NCBI GenBank assembly: GCA_043807255.1
Contig: JAZDGD010000001.1
Location: 8,464-72,463 of the forward strand
Direction of reading: 5' to 3'
DNA length: 64,000 nt
From: Patescibacteria group bacterium
GTDB lineage: Bacteria; Patescibacteriota; Minisyncoccia; RBG-13-40-8-A
In this document: piece after piece, positions 55,261-64,000 of the stretch
Numbering within the stretch: the stretch's first letter is position 1
Layout: each line of letters opens with the position of its first letter
Translations under genes and position numbers: made by a program
Notes under the pieces: generated by a model
What the model was told of the DNA's origin: nothing
Databases searched by the model: none
The model's input: the letters and a program-made list of their open reading frames with translations, nothing else

Positions 55261-57366
55261 ATGAGAGATTATCCTTTAGAAAAAGTTAGGAATTTTGGAA
55301 TCATTGCGCATATTGATGCTGGTAAAACCACCACGTCAGAAAGAGTTTTATATTACACGGGGATGATTCATAAAATAGGTGAAGTTCATGAGGGCGAAAC
55401 AACCACCGATTGGATGGAACAAGAAAGAGAGCGTGGCATTACAATTACGGCCGCAGCAATCACTTGTTTTTGGAACCCAACATATATGCCAGCCTCTGAT
55501 ATTTCAAGAAAGGTTCGTTTTAATATTATTGATACTCCGGGACATATTGATTTTACAGCCGAAGTTAAAAGATCGCTCCATGTTTTAGATGGGGCGGTTG
55601 TTGTTTTCGACGGAGTTGCAGGAGTAGAACCACAATCAGAAACAAATTGGCGTTATGCTGACGAAGAAAATGTTCCCAGATTATGCTTCATTAATAAATT
55701 AGATAGAATGGGGGCATCTTTTGAAAAATCTTATCAATCAATCTTAGATCGTTTAGATAAAAATGCAGTAAGGGTGCAAATCCCTATTGGCCTAGAAGAA
55801 AATCATGTGGGAGTTATAGATTTACTCAAGATGAAGGCATTTTATTTTGAAGGAGATAAGGGAGAGCAAGTGATTGAAGCAGAAATCCCTGCAGAATATT
55901 TAGAAGATGCTAAAAAATACCGAGGAGAATTAATTGAAAAAATTGTTGCTGAAGACGAAGCACTAATGAGCCAGTATTTAGACGGCAAAGAAATTACAGT
56001 CGACGAATTAAAAGTTGTTTTACGCAAAGCAGTAATTGCTAATAAAATTTTTCCAGTTTTTGCTGGGTCAGCATTGAAAAATAAAGGAGTACAATTAATC
56101 TTAGATGCGGTTGTTGATTATTTACCAAGTCCGTTAGATATCCCGCCAGTCAAAGGAATTGATCCAAAAACAGGAGAGGAAATAGTAAGACACGCATCAG
56201 ACGAAGAACCATTTTCTGCATTAGCATTTAAATTGCAAAGCGATCCATTTGTTGGTCAGCTTACCTTCTTTAGAGTTTATTCCGGAACAGTTTCGGCTGG
56301 ATCATATATTTATAATTCCACGCTTGATAAAAAAGAAAGACTAGGAAGAATTGTACGTTTACAAGCAGACAAAAGAGAAGAAGTGGAAACAGTTTATTCC
56401 GGAGAAATTGCAGCTGCCGTGGGATTAAAAGACGTTAAAACCAGTCATACGTTTTGTGATGAGAACAAGCCAATCGTGCTTGAAATAATTAAGTTTATGG
56501 AGCCAGTTATTGCGATGAGTATTGAGCCGAAAACCAAAGCAGATCAAGAAAGAATGGGTATGGCATTAAAACGTCTAACTGACGAAGATCCGACATTTAA
56601 AATTAAAACCGACGAAGAGACAGGTCAAACAATTATTTGGGGCATGGGCGAATTACATTTAGAAATTATTGTTGATAGAATGAAGCGAGAATTTAAAGTT
56701 GAGGTGAATGTTGGTAGACCACAAGTTGCCTATAAAGAAACAATTAAGAAAACTGCAGAAGCACAAGGAAAATATATCCGACAATCGGGTGGTCGTGGAC
56801 AATATGGCGATGTTTGGATAAAAATTGAACCACTTGAAAGGGGAAAGGGGTTTGAATTTATTGACGCAATTAAGGGGGGGGCTATTCCAGCAGAATACAT
56901 CCCAGCAATTAAGAAAGGAATTAAGGAAGCAATGGATAGGGGTGTTTTAGCCGGGTATCCTTTTGTTGATGCACAAGTAACATTGTTCGATGGGTCTTTT
57001 CATGAAGTCGATTCTTCTGAGGCGTCGTTTAAGATGGCTGGTTCGTTTGCTTTACAGGAAGCAGCCAAAAGGGCAGATTTAATTTTGCTTGAACCGATTA
57101 TGCAACTTGAGGTAGTTATTCCTATAGAATTTTTAGGCGACGTTACAGGAGATTTAAATAGTAAAAGAGCGAGAATAGAAAAAATCGATGATCGTTTAAG
57201 CGCGAAGATTATCGGTGCAAAGGTTCCTTTGTCTGAGATGTTTGGTTATGCAACCAGAATTAGATCGATGACTCAAGGGAGGGGAACGTTCACAATGGAA
57301 TTTTCTAATTACGAAGAAGTTCCTAAAAATGTGGCGTTAACCATAATAGAGGGCAGGCAGAGGTAA
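55261..57366 (+). CDS. fusA: Elongation factor G
   Basis: [24 protein letters not shown] motifs; ATG at 55261. Confidence 0.98.
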   Translation: MRDYPLEKVRNFGIIAHIDAGKTTTSERVLYYTGMIHKIGEVHEGETTTDWMEQERERGITITAAAITCFWNPTYMPASDISRKVRFNIIDTPGHIDFTAEVKRSLHVLDGAVVVFDGVAGVEPQSETNWRYADEENVPRLCFINKLDRMGASFEKSYQSILDRLDKNAVRVQIPIGLEENHVGVIDLLKMKAFYFEGDKGEQVIEAEIPAEYLEDAKKYRGELIEKIVAEDEALMSQYLDGKEITVDELKVVLRKAVIANKIFPVFAGSALKNKGVQLILDAVVDYLPSPLDIPPVKGIDPKTGEEIVRHASDEEPFSALAFKLQSDPFVGQLTFFRVYSGTVSAGSYIYNSTLDKKERLGRIVRLQADKREEVETVYSGEIAAAVGLKDVKTSHTFCDENKPIVLEIIKFMEPVIAMSIEPKTKADQERMGMALKRLTDEDPTFKIKTDEETGQTIIWGMGELHLEIIVDRMKREFKVEVNVGRPQVAYKETIKKTAEAQGKYIRQSGGRGQYGDVWIKIEPLERGKGFEFIDAIKGGAIPAEYIPAIKKGIKEAMDRGVLAGYPFVDAQVTLFDGSFHEVDSSEASFKMAGSFALQEAAKRADLILLEPIMQLEVVIPIEFLGDVTGDLNSKRARIEKIDDRLSAKIIGAKVPLSEMFGYATRIRSMTQGRGTFTMEFSNYEEVPKNVALTIIEGRQR

Positions 57367-57441
57367 GGAGACTTGACTGATTATTAATAATCAGTTAAAC
57401 TGTAAAATAAATAAATAAATAATTAAGTAAACAAAAATAAT

Positions 57442-58638
57442 ATGGCAGGGAAATTTGAAAGAACAAAACCGCATGTTAATGTGGGAACAATTGGTCACAT
57501 TGATCATGGCAAAACCACTTTAACTGCAGCTATTTTAAGGCAATTAGGGCTTAAGGGATTTGTTGCGTCTAAAAAAGGAGTTAATGAAATTGATGCCGCC
57601 CCAGAAGAAAGGGAGCGTGGTATTACAATTGCATTAGCACACGTTGAATATGAAACAGAAAAAAGACATTACGCACATATTGATTGTCCGGGTCATACTG
57701 CTTATATTAAGAATATGATCACCGGCGCAGCTCAAATGGATGGCGCAATTTTGGTCGTATCAGCAGCTGATGGTCCTATGCCCCAGACCCGAGAACATAT
57801 ACTTTTGGCTAATCAAGTTGGAGTGCCAAATATTATTGTTTTCTTGAATAAAATTGATCAGGTTGATGATCCAGAACTTATTGATTTAGTTGAAGCAGAA
57901 GTTAGAGAGCTTTTAACAAAATATAATTATCCAGGAGACAAAATTCCATTTATTAAGGGTTCAGCATTAAAGGCCTTAGAGTCAAATGATCCTAATTCAG
58001 AAGACGCAAAATGTATTTTTGAACTTGCAAAGGCCTTAGACGAATATATTCCAGAACCAAAAAGAGAAACCGATAAACCATTCTTAATGCCAATTGAAGA
58101 TATTTTCTCAATTGAAGGCCGTGGAACAGTTGTTACGGGAAAAATTGAAAGAGGTACGGTTAAGGTTAATGATGAAATTGAGGTTGTTGGCATAAGACCA
58201 ACCCAGAAAACAGTTGTAACTGGAATCGAAATGTTTAATAAATCACTCGACTTTGGTCAAGCTGGCGACAATGCCGGTATTCTTTTAAGAGGATTAAAGA
58301 AGGAAGATGTTGAAAGAGGTCAAGTTATTGCAAAACCAGGATCAGTTACTCCTCATAGTGAATTTGAAGCCGAGGTATATATATTATCTAAAGAAGAAGG
58401 TGGTAGACACACTCCATTTTTGAAGGGATATAAACCTCAGTTTTATATTAGAACAACTGACGTTACCGGAGATGTAGTCTCTTTGGCTGATGGAGTTGAA
58501 ATGATTATGCCAGGAGATAATGCAAAAATTACAGTTAAATTGATTGCCCCAGTTGCGTTAGAAGAAAAGCAAAAATTTGCCATTAGAGAAGGTGGAAAAA
58601 CAGTGGGAGCGGGATTTGTCACTAAGATCATTAAATAG
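57442..58638 (+). CDS. tuf: Elongation factor Tu
   Basis: [24 protein letters not shown] motifs. Confidence 0.98.
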   Translation: MAGKFERTKPHVNVGTIGHIDHGKTTLTAAILRQLGLKGFVASKKGVNEIDAAPEERERGITIALAHVEYETEKRHYAHIDCPGHTAYIKNMITGAAQMDGAILVVSAADGPMPQTREHILLANQVGVPNIIVFLNKIDQVDDPELIDLVEAEVRELLTKYNYPGDKIPFIKGSALKALESNDPNSEDAKCIFELAKALDEYIPEPKRETDKPFLMPIEDIFSIEGRGTVVTGKIERGTVKVNDEIEVVGIRPTQKTVVTGIEMFNKSLDFGQAGDNAGILLRGLKKEDVERGQVIAKPGSVTPHSEFEAEVYILSKEEGGRHTPFLKGYKPQFYIRTTDVTGDVVSLADGVEMIMPGDNAKITVKLIAPVALEEKQKFAIREGGKTVGAGFVTKIIK

Positions 58639-58655
58639 TTGAGTAAGTTATAGCT

Positions 58656-59000
58656 ATGGCAGTCAAAAAGAAGGAAAGCGTGGCTCAAGAAGAAGTTAAA
58701 CAACGCCTTAGGATTAAAATTAAAGCATTTGATCATAAGATTGTTGACCAATCAGCAAAACAGATTATTGAGACCGCCGAGAGATATGGTGCCGAGGTAG
58801 TTGGTCCAATACCATTGCCAACCCATATTCAAAAATATACAGTTAATCGTTCGACCTTTGTGCATAAAAACGCAAGGGAGCAGTTTGAAATGAGAACTCA
58901 CAAACGGGTAATTGATATATTTAATCCTGCACCGAAAATCATTGATGCATTGATGAATTTGAATTTGCCAGCCGGAGTCGACATTGAGATTAAGATGTAG
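58656..59000 (+). CDS. rpsJ: 30S ribosomal protein S10
   Basis: GPIPLPT and [11 protein letters not shown] motifs. Confidence 0.97.
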   Translation: MAVKKKESVAQEEVKQRLRIKIKAFDHKIVDQSAKQIIETAERYGAEVVGPIPLPTHIQKYTVNRSTFVHKNAREQFEMRTHKRVIDIFNPAPKIIDALMNLNLPAGVDIEIKM

Positions 59001-59113
59001 AATGTACAAATTGTTATGGATTTGTATTTACAATATAACTAGTTAAAAAGTATAATTATCCGCGTAAAAAATACCGGACAATCGGTATTTTTTATTAAAA
59101 ATTGATTAAGATT

Positions 59114-59707
59114 ATGAAGTTCATTACTGGAAAAAAAGTCGGAATGACACAAATATATGACAAAGACGGGAATGTAACGCCAGTTACAGTTATTGAAGCT
59201 GGTCCTTGTTTTGTTACTCAAATTAAAACTAAAGAGAAAGATGGATACGAAGCAATTCAAATTGGTTTTGAGGCATTAAAAGCAAAAAAAGTCAAAAAAC
59301 CACAAAAAGGAAAAGAATATCGATTTTTAACTGAATTCTGCGGAACAATTGAAGAATATAAGGCCGGAGACAAGATTGACGTTTCTAAGTTTATAGAAGG
59401 AGATAAAGTGAAAATTGCAGGAATCTCTAAGGGGCGAGGTTTTCAAGGCGTAGTTAAGAGACATGGGTTTAAAGGTGCTCCAGCATCACATGGTCATCCA
59501 CACGATCAAAGAAAGCCTGGTTCAATTGGTTGCAGTTTCCCCGAAAGAGTTATTAAAGGGATGAGAATGGCAGGACACATGGGCGTGGCCAGGAGTACAA
59601 TTAAAAATTTAAAAGTTGTTGTTGTTGATTTGGAAAATAATTTATTAGCTTTGTCTGGAGCAGTGCCGGGTCCAAACAATGGGTTGATTGAGATACAAAC
59701 AATTTAA
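59114..59707 (+). CDS. rplC: 50S ribosomal protein L3
   Basis: GKKVGMTQ and [15 protein letters not shown] motifs. Confidence 0.97.
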   Translation: MKFITGKKVGMTQIYDKDGNVTPVTVIEAGPCFVTQIKTKEKDGYEAIQIGFEALKAKKVKKPQKGKEYRFLTEFCGTIEEYKAGDKIDVSKFIEGDKVKIAGISKGRGFQGVVKRHGFKGAPASHGHPHDQRKPGSIGCSFPERVIKGMRMAGHMGVARSTIKNLKVVVVDLENNLLALSGAVPGPNNGLIEIQTI

Positions 59708-59709
59708 AT

Positions 59710-60351
59710 ATGACTAAGACAGATTTATATAATTTGGAAGGAGAAAAAACTGGAACAGTTGAATTGCCAGAAAATATTTTTAATATTGAAATTAATGATG
59801 ATGTAATTTATCAGGTTGTTAATGTGCAGATGGCGAATAGTCGTCAAAATTTAGCACATACCAAAAACAGAGGAGACGTGCGAGGTGGTGGTAAAAAGCC
59901 GTGGAGACAAAAAGGAACTGGTCGCGCAAGACATGGTTCAACCAGATCTCCGTTATGGAGAGGCGGTGGTGTTACTTTTGGGCCAAGAAATGATGAAAAT
60001 TTTTCAAGGAAAATTAATAAGAAAATAAAACAAAAGGCATTATTTATGGTTTTATCCTCAAAATTACGGGACAAAGAGTTAGTCGTTGTCGATGACCTTA
60101 AAATAAATGAACCAAAAACAAAATCAATGTCCATTGTTTTAAAAAAGATTTTTAAAGATAAAAAGAAAATTAGTGTTTTGGTAACAGTATCGAAAAATAA
60201 AGAGAACGTAAGCATTGCAATGAGAAATATTCCCGATTCGAAAACGATTTTTGCTGACAGTTTGAATGTTTTAGAGTTGTTATCATTTAAATATTTATTA
60301 TTAGATAAGGAGGCGATTGGTGTAATTGAAAAAACATATGGCAATATTTAA
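59710..60351 (+). CDS. rplD: 50S ribosomal protein L4
   Basis: KPWRQKGTGRARHGS motif. Confidence 0.97.
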   Translation: MTKTDLYNLEGEKTGTVELPENIFNIEINDDVIYQVVNVQMANSRQNLAHTKNRGDVRGGGKKPWRQKGTGRARHGSTRSPLWRGGGVTFGPRNDENFSRKINKKIKQKALFMVLSSKLRDKELVVVDDLKINEPKTKSMSIVLKKIFKDKKKISVLVTVSKNKENVSIAMRNIPDSKTIFADSLNVLELLSFKYLLLDKEAIGVIEKTYGNI

Positions 60352-60745
60352 TATTTTTAAAAAGTCCCGACCGCAGTCGGGATCCTCGACACCAATGGTG
60401 TCGGGAAAGCCAGTCATTGATAGCGGGAAATCCATCAAAAAAGCCCCAACCAAAAGGAAGGAGATTGCAATTGCCGAGCTTTTAAAGGAACCCCACATTA
60501 GTGAAAAGGCAACAATATTATCAGAGAATGGTAAATATGTTTTTAGGGTTTATGCCGATGCCAATAAGTCGGAAATAAAAAAAGCCGTTGCCGGTCTTTA
60601 TGGCGTAGCAGTTAAAGATATTAATATTATTAACATTAAACCAAAGGTTAGGATAATGAGAGGAATGAAGGGCGAAAAATCGGGCTATAAAAAAGCGATT
60701 GTTACCCTAGAAAAGGGACATAAAATTGAAATTTTGCCTCATTAA
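60338..60745 (+). CDS. rplW: 50S ribosomal protein L23 with N-terminal extension
   Basis: [25 protein letters not shown] motifs. Confidence 0.92.
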   Translation: MAIFNIFKKSRPQSGSSTPMVSGKPVIDSGKSIKKAPTKRKEIAIAELLKEPHISEKATILSENGKYVFRVYADANKSEIKKAVAGLYGVAVKDINIINIKPKVRIMRGMKGEKSGYKKAIVTLEKGHKIEILPH

Positions 60746-60768
60746 AAAGTCTAACTTCTCTATCGATT

Positions 60769-61611
60769 ATGAAACATTTTAATCCAACAAGTCCAGGTAC
60801 CAGAGGAAGAATTGGTATCGAATACAAAAAATTACTATCCGGGGATAAACCTAAAAAATCTCTACTTTTGTCATTTAAAGAACAAGCGGGGAGAAATAGA
60901 AAAGGCAGAATTACAGTTAGACATCAGGGTGGTGGACATAAAAAATTATTTAGAGTAATCGATTTTAAAAGAGAGAAGTTTAACATTCCAGCAAAAGTTA
61001 AAACAATAGAATATGACCCAAACAGATCGGTGTTTATTGCCCTGATTTGTTATGCAGACGGAGAACAAAGATATATTTTATTGCCCCAAGATTTAAAGAT
61101 TGGAGACGAAATTATTACTTCAGAAAAGACGACATTAAAGCCGGGCAATAGATTGTTATTAAAAAATATTCCCGTAGGAACGTTTGTTCACGATATTGAA
61201 TTAATCCCAGGACAATGCGGAAAAATAGTTCATTCTGCTGGTTCAAGTGCGCAAGTAACCGCTAACGAAGGAAGATATGTTCATTTGACACTTCCCTCCA
61301 CTGAAACAAGAATGATTTTAGCTGATTGCATGGCAACAATTGGAGCATTGAGCAATCCAGAGCATATGTTTGTTAATTTGGGGAAAGCAGGAAGAATGAG
61401 ATGGAAGGGAGTAAGGCCAAGGGTTCGAGGAACCGCAATGAATCCAGTTGATCATCCACACGGTGGAGGAGAGGGTAGATCGCCAATTGGATTGCGCAGG
61501 GGTCCAAAAACGCCTTGGGGCAAACAAGCATTTGGCGTCAAAACAAGGAAAAAGAAAAAATATTCAAATAAATTTATAGTTCAAAGAAGAATACATAAAA
61601 AACGAAAATAA
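60769..61611 (+). CDS. rplB: 50S ribosomal protein L2
   Basis: EYDPNRS and [13 protein letters not shown] motifs. Confidence 0.98.
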   Translation: MKHFNPTSPGTRGRIGIEYKKLLSGDKPKKSLLLSFKEQAGRNRKGRITVRHQGGGHKKLFRVIDFKREKFNIPAKVKTIEYDPNRSVFIALICYADGEQRYILLPQDLKIGDEIITSEKTTLKPGNRLLLKNIPVGTFVHDIELIPGQCGKIVHSAGSSAQVTANEGRYVHLTLPSTETRMILADCMATIGALSNPEHMFVNLGKAGRMRWKGVRPRVRGTAMNPVDHPHGGGEGRSPIGLRRGPKTPWGKQAFGVKTRKKKKYSNKFIVQRRIHKKRK

Positions 61612-61622
61612 AAAATAAAAAC

Positions 61623-61955
61623 ATGCCAAGAAGCTTAAAAAAGGGTCCCTGGGTGGACGAAAAATTAATCGCAAAAGTCAAACTGGCCAAGGGTGGAGAA
61701 AAAAAAGTAATTAAAACATGGGCCAGAGACTGCACAATTACTCCGGAAATGGTTGGGGTTACTTTTGGCGTACACAATGGCAAGGACCATATTGCGGTGT
61801 TTGTTACAGAAGAAATGGTCGGACATAAATTGGGAGAATTCTCTCCAACCAGAAAATTTGTTCGTCATGGAGGAAAAATGCAGAAAGACATTGAAAAGGG
61901 CGCTCCGATTGCTTCTGCTCCAGCTTCAGTCCCAACCGCCAAACCAAGCAAATAA
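61623..61955 (+). CDS. rpsS: 30S ribosomal protein S19
   Basis: MPRSLKKGP and [11 protein letters not shown] motifs. Confidence 0.97.
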   Translation: MPRSLKKGPWVDEKLIAKVKLAKGGEKKVIKTWARDCTITPEMVGVTFGVHNGKDHIAVFVTEEMVGHKLGEFSPTRKFVRHGGKMQKDIEKGAPIASAPASVPTAKPSK

Positions 61956-61960
61956 AATAT

Positions 61961-62458
61961 ATGGAAATTAAAGCTAGTTTAAATTATTTAAGAATTGCTC
62001 CAAGAAAAGTTAGATCTGTGATAGATTTAATAAGGGGCAAAGAGATCAAGGAGGCCGAGGCTCAGCTTAAGTTTTTGAGTCGCAGAGCATCGGCCCCAGT
62101 TTATCGACTTTTAAAATCAGCGATTGCTAATGCAAAGAGTAATTTCAATGTTGACAAAGAAAATTTATTCATAAAAGAAATTAAAGTTGATGAAGGAGTA
62201 CCCTTTAAAAGACAGAGGGCAATGTCTCGCGGTAGAGCATTCCCGATCATGAAAAGAACAAGTCACATTATTATATCTTTGGGGGTTAAAGAAGGAGTTA
62301 AGATTGAGAAGAAACAATCCGTAATTAGGGAGACAAAAATAAATACAGAAACAAAAACCTCTTCAAAATCGATTAATAAAAAACCAGTTAAAGAAACAAC
62401 AATAAAACCAAAAAAACAAAACTGGGCTAAAAGAATTTTTAGAAGAAAATCAATTTAA
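61961..62458 (+). CDS. rplV: 50S ribosomal protein L22
   Basis: RIAPRKVR, KSAIANA, KRTSHI motifs. Confidence 0.96.
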   Translation: MEIKASLNYLRIAPRKVRSVIDLIRGKEIKEAEAQLKFLSRRASAPVYRLLKSAIANAKSNFNVDKENLFIKEIKVDEGVPFKRQRAMSRGRAFPIMKRTSHIIISLGVKEGVKIEKKQSVIRETKINTETKTSSKSINKKPVKETTIKPKKQNWAKRIFRRKSI

Positions 62459-62460
62459 TT

Positions 62461-63111
62461 ATGAGCCACAGAGTACATCCAAAAGTTTTTAGAATAAAAG
62501 GCATTGAAGACTGGCAGTCACAATGGTATAGCAAAAAAAACTACAAGAATAATTTGGAGCAGGATATTGCTATCCGTGATTTTGTAAAAAAAGAATTAAA
62601 ATCAGCAGCAATTGATGAGGTTATTATAAAGCGCTCAGCAAACTCAGTGCATATTATTATTAAAGCAGCCAGGCCGGGCATTATTATTGGTCGTGGCGGA
62701 GCGGGAATACAGGAAGTCAAAAAACAAATTATTAGTAAAATTTTTAAAAGCAAAATTAAAGGCATTGACATTAAAATTGATGTAGAAGAAATTAGAAAGG
62801 CTGAAATTCAGGCAAGCATTATCGGCCAAGCGATTGCCGAACAACTGGAGCGCAGAATGCCATTCAGAAGAGTGTTGAAGCAAACCATTGAAAAGGTAAT
62901 ACAAAATTCAGAAGTTAAGGGCGTGAAAATTTTTGTTTCTGGACGTTTGAATGGATCAGAAATGGCACGAGAAGAGTGGCTTAAAAAGGGCAGTTTGCCA
63001 CTTCAAACAATTAGGGCAAATATTAATTATGCCCAGGTTAATGCGCATACAATTTACGGAGTAATCGGAATAAAGGTCTGGATAAACAAAGGGGAAGTTT
63101 TTGATAAATAA
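62461..63111 (+). CDS. rpsC: 30S ribosomal protein S3
   Basis: [26 protein letters not shown] motifs. Confidence 0.97.
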   Translation: MSHRVHPKVFRIKGIEDWQSQWYSKKNYKNNLEQDIAIRDFVKKELKSAAIDEVIIKRSANSVHIIIKAARPGIIIGRGGAGIQEVKKQIISKIFKSKIKGIDIKIDVEEIRKAEIQASIIGQAIAEQLERRMPFRRVLKQTIEKVIQNSEVKGVKIFVSGRLNGSEMAREEWLKKGSLPLQTIRANINYAQVNAHTIYGVIGIKVWINKGEVFDK

Positions 63112-63113
63112 TT

Positions 63114-63521
63114 ATGCAACCGAAAAAAGTCAAACATCGAAAATGGCATAAAGGCAGAAGAAGGGCCTTGGGACTATCAAAGGGCGGGACGGAATTAAAT
63201 TTCGGAAGTTTTGGCTTAAAGGCAGATGGAACCAAATGGATTACGGCCAAACAAATTGAAGCAGCCAGGCGTGCCATGACTCATCATCTCCAAAAAGGCG
63301 GAAAGCTTTGGATTAAAATTTTTCCAGACAAACCAGTTACCCAAAAAGGACAAGAAGTGCCCATGGGAGGAGGAAAGGGAAGCGTTGAGCATTATGTGGC
63401 GGCCGTAAAACCAGGAAGAATACTTTTTGAAATTGATGGCGTAACCGAGGAAGTTGCCAAAGAAGCAATGAGGCTGGCTTCGCATAAATTACCAATTAAA
63501 ACTAAATTTGTTAAAAGATAA
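63114..63521 (+). CDS. rplP: 50S ribosomal protein L16
   Basis: [20 protein letters not shown] motifs. Confidence 0.97.
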   Translation: MQPKKVKHRKWHKGRRRALGLSKGGTELNFGSFGLKADGTKWITAKQIEAARRAMTHHLQKGGKLWIKIFPDKPVTQKGQEVPMGGGKGSVEHYVAAVKPGRILFEIDGVTEEVAKEAMRLASHKLPIKTKFVKR

Positions 63522-63523
63522 TT

Positions 63524-63727
63524 ATGAAAGTACAAGAGTTAAAACAAAGAACAGAAAAAGAATTACACGATACCTTAATTCATTTAAAAGATTCTCTTAG
63601 AGAATTAAGATTTAATTTGGTTGGTGGAAAAGTGAAGAATATTAATGAAATTCATCGCACCAGACGCGATATCGCAAGAGTATTAACTTTGATTAAACAA
63701 AATGAAAAAGCAAAACGAAACAAATAA
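63524..63727 (+). CDS. rpmC: 50S ribosomal protein L29
   Basis: LRF...RRDIARVLT motif; operon position. Confidence 0.93.
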   Translation: MKVQELKQRTEKELHDTLIHLKDSLRELRFNLVGGKVKNINEIHRTRRDIARVLTLIKQNEKAKRNK

Positions 63728-63944
63728 ACAAACACTAAAAGGAACAGTAGTTTCAGACAAAATGGATAAAACCATTGTAGTTTTAATTGAAAGAATCAAA
63801 GAACATAAACAATATCGCAAGAGATATAAGGTTTCAAAAAGATATAAAGCACATGACCCGGAGAACAAATATCATCTTGGCGATAAAGTTATAATTAAAG
63901 AATGTAGGCCGATATCAAAAGATAAAAAATGGATAGTGCTATAA
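63702..63944 (+). CDS. rpsQ: 30S ribosomal protein S17
   Basis: GTVVSDKMDKT and ECRPISKDKKW motifs. Confidence 0.96.
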   Translation: MKKQNETNKQTLKGTVVSDKMDKTIVVLIERIKEHKQYRKRYKVSKRYKAHDPENKYHLGDKVIIKECRPISKDKKWIVL

Positions 63945-63948
63945 TTAT

Positions 63949-64000
63949 ATGATACAAGTTGGAACAAATTTAAAAGTCGCCGATAATACCGGAGCAAAGG
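63949..64000 (+). CDS. rplN: 50S ribosomal protein L14 (5' partial)
   Basis: MIQVGTNLKVADNTGAK at the window edge. Confidence 0.9.
   Translation, partial: MIQVGTNLKVADNTGAK

Noticed and set aside
59844-60344. Long antisense ORFs over rplD, yqeY, ftsZ, tatD and others
   Set aside because: They are shadow frames of conserved genes with no independent evidence.

Overview
This is a low-GC, gene-dense bacterial window that looks like Patescibacteria/CPR (Parcubacteria-type). That assignment is inferred from gene content, the split comEC, the archaeal/eukaryotic-type GlyRS and mostly SD-less genes. The backbone is housekeeping: six aminoacyl-tRNA synthetases, smpB/tmRNA, infC-rpmI-rplT, topA-dprA, ftsAZ, anaerobic RNR nrdDG, the str and S10 operons and two tRNAs. 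On this backbone sit six notable things. (1) A stand-alone retron-family reverse transcriptase, preceded by a ~280-nt highly structured ncRNA with its own promoter and terminator, and no visible effector gene. (2) Two REP-associated tyrosine transposases (RAYT-like), each flanked by its own palindrome and each carrying that palindrome in-frame in its own coding sequence. (3) A dense set of short palindromic or 7-mer-periodic elements of several families, inserted in-frame in essential genes (argS, ileS, glyQS, metG, leuS, topA, pth, nrdG, rpsL, rplW and others). (4) Structure-conserved but sequence-variable repeats: twin hairpins bracketing tmRNA, and a 115-117 bp element in two copies. (5) A candidate uncharacterised ncRNA between dprA and pth. 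(6) Self-contained single-gene cassettes, including two outer-membrane beta-barrel-like proteins, plus two Panacea (DUF4065) toxin-antitoxin-like loci. All calls come from reading the sequence by eye; no searches were run.
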